From Candidatus Thorarchaeota archaeon (GTDB taxonomy: Archaea > Asgardarchaeota > Heimdallarchaeia > Hodarchaeales > Hodarchaeaceae), in the NCBI GenBank assembly GCA_048882505.1, contig JBHLRO010000019.1, forward strand, positions 69,963-79,425: 9,463 nt of DNA, in the 5' to 3' direction. Within the stretch, counting starts at the first letter, position 1, and each line of letters starts with the position of its first letter. The position numbers and the translations under genes were made by a program. This document shows positions 1-6,987 of this stretch, in pieces. Below the pieces are notes generated by a model, which saw only the letters and a program-made list of their open reading frames with translations, ran no database searches and was not told where the DNA came from.

Positions 1-2
1 AA

Positions 3-566
3 GAGCTCGTTGAAGTATCATTCTTTCGTCTCATTGATGCTTTATCTTCTTTATCCTTATTATTTGGTGTGGTCTCACCTTCCCAAAGTATCCTAAGCCA
101 AAGCGAACGATTAGGAGCCTCCTTTGTGTATCTGGATCCAGGTGAGAATTTGAACGAATCCCTTTCCCAAGCAGTTCAAAATCTACCAATGAAGCATCCT
201 ATTTTGATCATCATGCCCGATCTTCCTTTTATTACCAAGGAATTCATAGAAACCATAACTACAGAAATCCAGACAGAAGATTTGCTCTTGGTTCCATCAA
301 TCTCTGAAGATGATTCTAAAGGGACAGCTATTCTATACATGAAGCAACCCCAATTGTTATCTTTTCAATTTGGCAAGAAAAGCTCTTTGAAATATCAGGC
401 AGCCGCAAAAAAGGCAGCTCTTAGAATACGCGTTCTCGAATACGATCCCTACGCTCGTGATATGGATACAATTAACGATGTCTATTACCTTCAACAAAAC
501 CTACATTTAATTAATGATCCCGGTCGTTATATTGATCTTTTGTCTTACCTTTCAATGACGATTTGA
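3..566 (+). CDS. cofC: 2-phospho-L-lactate/phosphoenolpyruvate guanylyltransferase (CofC/FbiD family, F420 biosynthesis), 5'-truncated
   Basis: The frame is open from the window edge (ELVEVSFFRLIDALSSLSLLFGVVSPS...), so GTG69 is probably internal. Family motifs: GENLNESL (GLN-like), IIMPDLP, GTAIL, FQFGKKSS, RDMDTINDV (DxDT..D). Confidence 0.8.
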   Translation, partial: ELVEVSFFRLIDALSSLSLLFGVVSPSQSILSQSERLGASFVYLDPGENLNESLSQAVQNLPMKHPILIIMPDLPFITKEFIETITTEIQTEDLLLVPSISEDDSKGTAILYMKQPQLLSFQFGKKSSLKYQAAAKKAALRIRVLEYDPYARDMDTINDVYYLQQNLHLINDPGRYIDLLSYLSMTI

Positions 567-681
567 CTGTGTTACGGTTTTCTTATTATAAAATTCCCCT
601 AATTTTGACGATCGTTAAGCTCATAGACAAAAAAGAATAATTAAGAAAAATAATAAAGGACGTTTACAGTCTCAACGGGAT

Positions 682-1737
682 ATGTATGTAGTTATATTGG
701 CCGGCGGTGGCGGCGAACGATTATGGCCTCTTTCTAGAAAAAATCGCCCAAAGCAGTGTATTTCTCTTGACGGCCGCCAAACATTGATCCAGAGAAGCTA
801 TCAAATTGCAAGTGAGATTGTAGGGCCAAATAAGGTTTTTATTTCAACCCGTCATAACCTTGTTCCTATAATTAGGCAACAACTGCCAGCTGCCCAGCTG
901 ATAGTAGAACCACTACCACGGGACTCGGCTGCAGCAATAGGTTTTGTCTGTACACGGTTACTCCACAAAGATCATAACGAAACCACTGTTTTCATGGGGG
1001 CCGATTATCATATCCCAGAATTAACTCATTTTAAGGATGTGCTTGCAACCGCAGGGGAATTTGCTCAACAAGACAAGATCGTCACGATTGGAATAAAACC
1101 AACACGAGTGGAAACACGCTTTGGCTACATCAAGCCTGGTAAATTGCTTTCTTCGGGATCCATTCGTGTATTTAACGCGCAAGAATTCACAGAGAAACCC
1201 AACGAAACTTTAGCCCGAGAATACATTGCTCACGGTTATTTATGGAATTCTGGTATGTTCATCGTTAAACCCGATGTCCTGTATCGTAACGTCCAACGAT
1301 TTATGCCCGATTTATACTCGGCCCTAGAGCGTATTCGAACAGCTGATTTTGATATGGAAGAGGCTGCCAAGATTTTTGCCCGATTATCCAGGATTTCCAT
1401 CGATTATGGAGTCATAGAAAAGACCGATGATCTAGTGGTGGTACGTGGAGATTTTATGTGGGATGATATCGGTACTTGGGATTCTTTAGATAGAATTATT
1501 AAACCAGATCAAAGAGGGAATATTATAAGAGGGAATTTCCTTGGGATTGATGTAAGAAATAGCGTGATCTTCGGAGAGAAGCCAATTGTTGCATTTGGAA
1601 TCTCCGATATCGTGATTATTGACACAGATGATTGTTTATTTGTTTGCCCAAAGGATAAAGCAAGGGATATCAAAGCGGTATGCAAGACTCTTGAAAGTCA
1701 CGATCGCTTTCAAAAATTACTCAATTACCCCCAATAA
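682..1737 (+). CDS. manC: Mannose-1-phosphate guanylyltransferase (GDP-mannose pyrophosphorylase), lacking the C-terminal PMI cupin domain
   Basis: Motifs VILAGGGGERLWPLSRKNRPKQ, IVEPLPRDSAAAI, TIGIKPTRVETRFGYI, FTEKP, YLWNSGMF, SIDYGVIEK, WDDIGTWDSL, followed by a short beta-helix tail. 351 aa. Confidence 0.92.
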   Translation: MYVVILAGGGGERLWPLSRKNRPKQCISLDGRQTLIQRSYQIASEIVGPNKVFISTRHNLVPIIRQQLPAAQLIVEPLPRDSAAAIGFVCTRLLHKDHNETTVFMGADYHIPELTHFKDVLATAGEFAQQDKIVTIGIKPTRVETRFGYIKPGKLLSSGSIRVFNAQEFTEKPNETLAREYIAHGYLWNSGMFIVKPDVLYRNVQRFMPDLYSALERIRTADFDMEEAAKIFARLSRISIDYGVIEKTDDLVVVRGDFMWDDIGTWDSLDRIIKPDQRGNIIRGNFLGIDVRNSVIFGEKPIVAFGISDIVIIDTDDCLFVCPKDKARDIKAVCKTLESHDRFQKLLNYPQ

Positions 1738-1752
1738 TGTCATATTAATACT

Positions 1753-2718
1753 TTAAACTTGAATGATATTTTCCATAACGGATTCAGGCAAATCTTCGTT
1801 TTTAGTTATGGAGAAAAATACGGCAGGTTTTCCAAGACAATATACATGAATCCATTCAATGCCATTATCCCGTAATGTCCAATAATTTTCCGCTGCTATT
1901 TGAAGAGCTGTTCTAAACTGTTCTTTCTTTGAAGTCTTACGTTTTAAACGGGAAATAATCTCATCAGGGAGAGGTACCCCAATTAGATTAGCGATAGTAA
2001 AGGTAGGAGGAATCAAACCGACCCCAATGGGTTTCTTGTACTTGATCTCATCGAAAAAACTCATCACCTGGCTAGGGTCGAAAATCGCCTGTGTGATGAA
2101 GTAATCCGCTCCTAAAGTGACGCGTTTTTCGAATAGGGTTAACTGACGATCACGGATACTTATTCTTTGATTCCCCCGTCTGTGGAATTCGTTGGGGTCG
2201 ATAACACTTCCCACGTAGAATATTGCATCATCTATTGGACTCGCATTAGTTTCAGCCAAACTGTGGCTAGTTTTTGAATGATTTTCATAGAGTCGGGGAT
2301 TGGAAACACCTTTAATGAACGCAAGAACATCCAATGAGTCTTTGAAGAACCTGGGGCTTTTTGGACCACGAGGATCTCCTAATACGGGTAATAAATGTTC
2401 GATTCCCAAACGTCTTGCATCAAGTAATTCGTTGTAAGTATCATGAATAGAAAGCCGGGTAGTCAGGTGGAGGACTGGAAATGTGGTGCTAGCCAGTCTC
2501 GAATCACGCAATACAGAAAGGATTAATTTCATCGTCGAGATGGAGGACATTCGGAAGGTCGGTCGATTGGTAACGGAGATTAAATCGATAGATGGTCCCA
2601 TTTGTTGTATTGCCGTAGTAAAACCTGATATTTCTTGGTGTTCGAGCGAACGAGAATGAATCTGGGGAGGTTCTACCTCAATACTTAACGTTGGAGCTAA
2701 TTTTTCCTTTCTAGGCAT
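1753..2718 (-). CDS. metF: 5,10-methylenetetrahydrofolate reductase (MetF/MTHFR family)
   Basis: Motifs SIEVEPP (catalytic Glu), ISVTN, HLTTR, VLGDP (catalytic Asp), KRVTLGADYFITQAIFD, IHVYCLG. Start reassigned to ATG2718 (MPRKEK...): it has a purine-rich AAAGGGGAA upstream, lies 13 nt after the metE stop and does not overlap metE. Confidence 0.85.
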   Translation of the reverse strand: MPRKEKLAPTLSIEVEPPQIHSRSLEHQEISGFTTAIQQMGPSIDLISVTNRPTFRMSSISTMKLILSVLRDSRLASTTFPVLHLTTRLSIHDTYNELLDARRLGIEHLLPVLGDPRGPKSPRFFKDSLDVLAFIKGVSNPRLYENHSKTSHSLAETNASPIDDAIFYVGSVIDPNEFHRRGNQRISIRDRQLTLFEKRVTLGADYFITQAIFDPSQVMSFFDEIKYKKPIGVGLIPPTFTIANLIGVPLPDEIISRLKRKTSKKEQFRTALQIAAENYWTLRDNGIEWIHVYCLGKPAVFFSITKNEDLPESVMENIIQV

Positions 2719-2731
2719 GCAGATTCCCCTT

Positions 2732-3997
2732 TCAGAGGTTTTCTGTTTCTGGAAGATCCAATTCATTTTGTAGGATGGTTCGCGCCTCCTTGGTACCTTT
2801 ACACATCGCCGAGAGCATCATATGGAGATTTTCAAGACGATTTACAGGACGTAACCCACAATCTGGTGCTGCCATAACCAAGAATGGACCACGATCTCCC
2901 AATTGGTCATACAAAGCGCGAGCTGTGTAGATCAACCGATCTCGGGCAAGGGCACTTATTTGCTTTGATGCAGCCCCGCTTTGGATTTCTTCTTTGGTGT
3001 AATGTCTATCTGCGTGAACTTCAAGGACACCTAAGGCATACTTGCAGCGACTCCCCTCGTTAAAAGCATTAACGACCCTCTCGACACCTTCCTTAAACGA
3101 AGGCCGCTCCGCTGGAGCCGTTCCGTTTATTTTGAGATCTCGATTAGCATATTCCAAGCTCGCATAGTCCCAGGGAAGCTTTGGCAGATCAGAAAACAAG
3201 ACATCATAGGAATCCGAAAAACATGTGTGAAAACCTATCCGAGTACCATGATTTTTGACCGCGCTCCTAATACCCTTGAAAAACCGTTCATAGGCTTCTA
3301 GATAAATCTCCCTGTCGCCAGGAATGGTTGTATAAGCTGGTTCATCTGCAGTGACATATCCAGCTCCAGCTCCGATAACTTCCTTGACCTCGGGTACAAA
3401 TACGTTGTCTACTAAATCAAATAGGAACTGGTCATCTATGGAGGATTTGATGGTCCAATTAAACGTAGTGTAAGGACCGGTGAAACAGAAGCGAAGAGGT
3501 CGCTCTGCAATCGTTTTGGCAAATTCAAATTCATCTTTGTAAATAGAGCTCTTACGTCTGACCTCCAAATCCTTAACTCGAACGCCTGGCTTGTAGAAGC
3601 GGTCATCAAAAGACCTAACGTGCTCCTGTTCCAAGTAGATTCCGTCTATATCTTTAGCCACATGTTCATACATCTCACGCCGCCAGGCTTCACCTGTAAA
3701 GATGTAATCTAAACCTGTACTTTCCAAGAAACGTACGTTAAAACGCAAACGAAGCTTGAGCACTTCTAGCTCCCAATCAGGCAGGTCATCTTTTGTACCA
3801 GGTCTGTTCTGAAGGAGAGAAATGGCCTCCTCCGGATCCCCAAGGTTAAGCCGAGGCCACCAGTACCCGATTTCATCGATATGTTCCGTAGGGATTTTCC
3901 TACCCTGTAACGCAATTATAGTAGCGTTAAGCTTTCTCATAGAACCGACTTCGTGAGTTGGGAGTAAAGTATTGAACGTATTATTATTGAATGACAT
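2732..3997 (-). CDS. metE: Cobalamin-independent methionine synthase, catalytic (C-terminal-domain-only) subunit
   Basis: Motifs PTHEVGS, GEAWRREMYEH, VRSFDDRFY, TGPYT, ADEPA. Zn-ligand motifs GFHTC (HxC), SLEYANRD (E) and APDCGLR (C). SD-like GAGGT (acctc at 4004-4008 on +) lies before ATG3997. Confidence 0.88.
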   Translation of the reverse strand: MSFNNNTFNTLLPTHEVGSMRKLNATIIALQGRKIPTEHIDEIGYWWPRLNLGDPEEAISLLQNRPGTKDDLPDWELEVLKLRLRFNVRFLESTGLDYIFTGEAWRREMYEHVAKDIDGIYLEQEHVRSFDDRFYKPGVRVKDLEVRRKSSIYKDEFEFAKTIAERPLRFCFTGPYTTFNWTIKSSIDDQFLFDLVDNVFVPEVKEVIGAGAGYVTADEPAYTTIPGDREIYLEAYERFFKGIRSAVKNHGTRIGFHTCFSDSYDVLFSDLPKLPWDYASLEYANRDLKINGTAPAERPSFKEGVERVVNAFNEGSRCKYALGVLEVHADRHYTKEEIQSGAASKQISALARDRLIYTARALYDQLGDRGPFLVMAAPDCGLRPVNRLENLHMMLSAMCKGTKEARTILQNELDLPETENL

Positions 3998-4014
3998 ACA
4001 AGAACCTCGTTCTG

Positions 4015-5076
4015 CTACTCTTGGTCTGCTAAGCTCTTAATAGCATGTCCCAGAATCTGTATCTTTAGATCGGCCACTGATCGGGGGATAAATTCCAATC
4101 GTGAGGTTGGTGCCAAGATGATCTGGTCGGCCGTAATGTCTGAGAGCTTTTCTCCAAAAATAACTAAATCCTCAGCCTCTTCCACTACAAGATCTCCAGA
4201 AGGGTTCCGGTAGTAGGATTGAGCGTCAACTACCCCCGCAATTAATGCTTTCCCTTCAAAATCATATTCTTTCAAAGATGCCATGTCATTTCGGACACAA
4301 TCTATGCCTACTCCCCAAACTTTCGAATTTGCCAAAAGCTCCAGCATATAAGACTTTAATGAATGGTGAGTATGAATTGCCACTTGCAAAGGGACATCAT
4401 TGCTTATTCGATTCCAGTTCTCCTCAACGGTCGTAGTAATGTCCTTGTCTGGTGTTTCCCACGCAATTCCTCCTTCGTTCAATATAACATGTGAAAACCC
4501 TTCAGCACTAAGAAACTTGATTTCTTCTTCCAAAACCTCCGTAAAATCATCCATGAGTTCATTTCTCGATTTATAGGGAGGATAATTTTCGGGGTCAATC
4601 GCAGCTGCGCGAGAAAATGTATAAGGCCCAGGAAGACATACACTCCAGGCCTTTCCCCTAAAACTTTCAGGCAACAGACCCATTTGAAGTATGTTCCCCT
4701 CAAGAAATGGATGTTTCGCGGTTTTCAATATTGGTGTATCAAGGTTTAACTTGGAATTCACTATTGGCTGACGATAAAATGTATTTGTAAGAGGCATCCT
4801 AGCTACAGGTAGATTACCGGTTTTTTCCCCATTTGTTTGTCGCAGAATCGCTTCTGTGAAGGGACGGTAAATATCCCACCACCCGAGATTGCCAGTTGAT
4901 ACCGCTTGAGGGTAAATCTGCTTCATGATGCTAATGAGATCTAAGATATCTTGTTTGAAAGCCTTCTGCACCAGGTCGGGAGAGGATACCCGACCATACT
5001 TCAAATCAAAAATTTGCTTAATGAGGAACTCCGATAGAGGGTGAATACCCGTCAGAAGCGATGTGTATGTGGTCAA
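4015..5076 (-). CDS. MetE N-terminal-half-like protein (non-catalytic, putative methyl-folate/pterin-binding subunit of a split MetE)
   Basis: MetE-like barrel motifs: TGIHPLS, TGNLGWWDIYRPF, TNTFYRQP, LPGPYTF, ILNE, AGVVDAQS, APTSRLEFIP. It lacks the HxC and PDCG Zn ligands (has HTHH and PTSR instead). TTG start. Confidence 0.78.
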   Translation of the reverse strand: MTTYTSLLTGIHPLSEFLIKQIFDLKYGRVSSPDLVQKAFKQDILDLISIMKQIYPQAVSTGNLGWWDIYRPFTEAILRQTNGEKTGNLPVARMPLTNTFYRQPIVNSKLNLDTPILKTAKHPFLEGNILQMGLLPESFRGKAWSVCLPGPYTFSRAAAIDPENYPPYKSRNELMDDFTEVLEEEIKFLSAEGFSHVILNEGGIAWETPDKDITTTVEENWNRISNDVPLQVAIHTHHSLKSYMLELLANSKVWGVGIDCVRNDMASLKEYDFEGKALIAGVVDAQSYYRNPSGDLVVEEAEDLVIFGEKLSDITADQIILAPTSRLEFIPRSVADLKIQILGHAIKSLADQE

Positions 5077-5111
5077 TGCCGCTCAGGCGAGGAAATTAAT
5101 GCTTTCTTTTC

Positions 5112-5119
5112 ATATATTA
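5112..5119 (-). promoter_or_regulatory. Candidate TATA box for the met operon
   Basis: TAATATAT on the minus strand, about 36-43 nt upstream of TTG5076. No convincing BRE. Confidence 0.35.
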
Positions 5120-5146
5120 TTGAAACATTTATTCCTCTGCCTAAAA

Positions 5147-5157
5147 AATTCCCGCTC
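5147..5157 (-). repeat. Intergenic motif copy GAGCGGGAATT (minus strand)
   Basis: aattcccgctc is the exact reverse complement of 5841-5851. An 8-nt copy, GCGGGAAT, lies at 5230-5237. Confidence 0.55.
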
Positions 5158-5189
5158 GGAATAATGGTTTAGTTGATCGTTCTGATAAC

Positions 5190-5197
5190 TTTATTAA
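5190..5197 (+). promoter_or_regulatory. Candidate TATA box for the HTH-CBS regulator gene
   Basis: TTTATTAA preceded by GATAAC, 45 nt before TTG5243. Confidence 0.5.
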
Positions 5198-5242
5198 AGG
5201 ACACCCAGTTTCCCCATTAAGACGATTTGGCGGGAATGAAAA

Positions 5243-5815
5243 TTGTCGACACCTGTTCTTCCTGATTTGCATGAATTACGCCGCTTACGAAAGATCATCG
5301 GGCTTACCCAAGATGAATTAGCCCACCGCGCGGGCGTCTCCCAATCCATGATTGCAAAGATGGAAACGGGCTCGCTTAATCCGTCTTATGAAGTGGTGCG
5401 GCGCATTTATCAAGTTCTTGCCGCTGCTGAAGGTCAAACTCAGACCAAGGCCTATGAAGTCATGTCTCCAGTTATTGCCACACGAATCGATAGCACAATT
5501 CAGTCTGTTGTGGAATTAATGAAAAAACAAGGCATTTCACAACTCCCTGTTTTTTCTCCGGAAGACAAAAATGTTGGCAGAATCACCGAGCAAACCCTTC
5601 TCGATATCTTGTTAGAAGGACGAAATTTGAAGGACATTGCGGACGATCCAGTAGCAAACATCATGGAACCCGTGTTTCCAGTGGTCGGTCATGAAACACC
5701 CCTTAGAGCGATCACAGAACTTCTTCGATTTTCGTCTGCTGTCTTGGTATCACAAAAGAACGGACACATCTCAGGGATTATTACCAAGGCAGATCTACTC
5801 AATACCTCAAGATAA
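5243..5815 (+). CDS. Transcriptional regulator with an N-terminal Cro/C1 (XRE) HTH and a C-terminal CBS domain pair (COG3620-like)
   Basis: HTH: LRRLRKIIGLTQDELAHRAGVSQSMIAKMETGSLNPSY. CBS repeats: VMSPVI...GISQLPV...VGRITEQTLL and IMEPVFPVV...GIITKADLL. TTG start is needed because the first in-frame ATG falls inside the HTH. Confidence 0.9.
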   Translation: MSTPVLPDLHELRRLRKIIGLTQDELAHRAGVSQSMIAKMETGSLNPSYEVVRRIYQVLAAAEGQTQTKAYEVMSPVIATRIDSTIQSVVELMKKQGISQLPVFSPEDKNVGRITEQTLLDILLEGRNLKDIADDPVANIMEPVFPVVGHETPLRAITELLRFSSAVLVSQKNGHISGIITKADLLNTSR

Positions 5816-5831
5816 AAGCCTCACGCAGCGA

Positions 5832-5857
5832 TTTTATAAGGAGCGGGAATTCCAGCT
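5832..5857 (+). promoter_or_regulatory. TATA-like box (TTTTATAA, 5832-5839) followed by a 16-bp near-perfect palindrome (AGCGGGAATTCCAGCT, 5842-5857): candidate operator
   Basis: Arms AGCGGGAA and TTCCAGCT pair at 7 of 8 positions. The site lies in the 95-nt spacer upstream of the flippase-like gene. Confidence 0.5.
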
Positions 5858-5910
5858 TTAACTCTTCAGGTCACACGATTTCAATTACGCGCTTGTTATG
5901 AGGCTTTTCA

Positions 5911-6909
5911 TTGAGTATAACTCCCCCTAAAACCCTTGGACAGATAATAAGCGTTCGGACCTTCCTTTTTGGATTAATCCTCGGCATAATAGTTTATTTG
6001 GGGATACTTATACTGGGTGATTGGGAAGCTCTCCTAATCCACCTATTTAGCATCAATCCCTTCATTCTCGTTTTAGCTCTCCTGTTAAGTCTGACAAACT
6101 ATGTTTTTCGGTTTTTCAAATGGCATCTTTTCACTCGTAGTTTAAACCTAGAAATTCCTGTCATTGAGAATTTTGTTGTCTTTATGGCAGGATTAAGTCT
6201 TGCAATCACTCCTGCTAAAGTCGGAGAGGCGATTCGAGCCTTCTTTCTCCAAAAAAAGAAGGTTTCGGATCTATCCAAGGGCCTAGCCTCAACCTTTTCA
6301 GAACGTCTTATGGATCTGTTGGCCGTGACTATACTAGCAATTGGTGGAGTTTTGGTTCTAGGCCTCCGTCGTTCGATCGATTATCTACCCCTGCTTCTGT
6401 TAATCCTTAGTGGAATGCTTCTCGGAGTATTAATCTTTCTTATTGATCCTCTCTACAAACCATTAAGCAAAGTGTTCAATCTAGGGCCGTGGACAAGATA
6501 CGGAACAAAAATTGATCGTTTTCGTGCAGACGTGGTCGTGACTCTCCATTATCGTGTACTTGCAGGCTCACTCGGGCTAGGCATAATAGGATGGGCCTGT
6601 GAGGGAATAGGATTTATGTTGATTGCCAACGATCTGGGAATTCTTGCCTCTTTGGAAACTGCGGTATTTGTCTACGCAACATCCTCTCTGCTTGGTGCAA
6701 TATCCTTCCTACCTGGCGGCCTTGGCGTTACTGAAGGAAGTATGGAAGTTTTTCTCTCCAACCTTTTGCAGACAAGTCCTCCACTCGCTGGGGCATTAAT
6801 TATCTTAACAAGAATGACCACGTTATGGTTTGGAGTTTCAGTGGGACTCGTTTTTCTGGGTGTGGCCAGTCGTTCTTTATTGATGGCTAACCAAACTAGT
6901 AGGATATAA
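5911..6909 (+). CDS. UPF0104 / lysylphosphatidylglycerol synthase TM-region (flippase-like) membrane protein
   Basis: Highly hydrophobic, multi-TM. Motifs RFFKW, ITPAKVGEAIRAFFL, TFSERLMD, SFLPGGLGVTEG, ILTRMTTLW. TTG start with GAGG upstream (5900-5903). Confidence 0.88.
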   Translation: MSITPPKTLGQIISVRTFLFGLILGIIVYLGILILGDWEALLIHLFSINPFILVLALLLSLTNYVFRFFKWHLFTRSLNLEIPVIENFVVFMAGLSLAITPAKVGEAIRAFFLQKKKVSDLSKGLASTFSERLMDLLAVTILAIGGVLVLGLRRSIDYLPLLLLILSGMLLGVLIFLIDPLYKPLSKVFNLGPWTRYGTKIDRFRADVVVTLHYRVLAGSLGLGIIGWACEGIGFMLIANDLGILASLETAVFVYATSSLLGAISFLPGGLGVTEGSMEVFLSNLLQTSPPLAGALIILTRMTTLWFGVSVGLVFLGVASRSLLMANQTSRI

Positions 6910-6987
6910 ATTGATGGAATCGCTAGTAATTATCGAATGCAGAACCTCGCGAAACTAACATTACATAAAGATTATGCGGTGTAAACA

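Noticed and set aside
2719-2766. Longer MetF start at 2766 given in the ORF track
   Set aside because: It overlaps the metE 3' end by 35 nt and adds non-homologous residues. ATG2718 has an RBS-like sequence and normal operon spacing.
3998-4017. Amber readthrough, frameshift or sequencing error joining the two MetE halves into one protein
   Set aside because: The 17-nt gap puts the genes out of frame. Fusion would need both stop suppression and a frameshift, and the downstream gene has its own GAGGT SD and ATG.
5077-5242. SAM riboswitch or T-box upstream of the met operon
   Set aside because: No recognisable conserved elements, and the likely TATA leaves only a very short leader.
5147-5851. 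11-bp inverted repeats as ends of an invertible or mobile segment carrying the regulator
   Set aside because: No recombinase or transposase in the window, no target-site duplication seen, and one copy is half of a local palindrome. An operator explanation is simpler.
4001-6949. Shared 9-mer AGAACCTCG at 4001-4009 and 6941-6949
   Set aside because: The first copy is explained as the antisense of the metE SD. A single 9-mer match is within chance.
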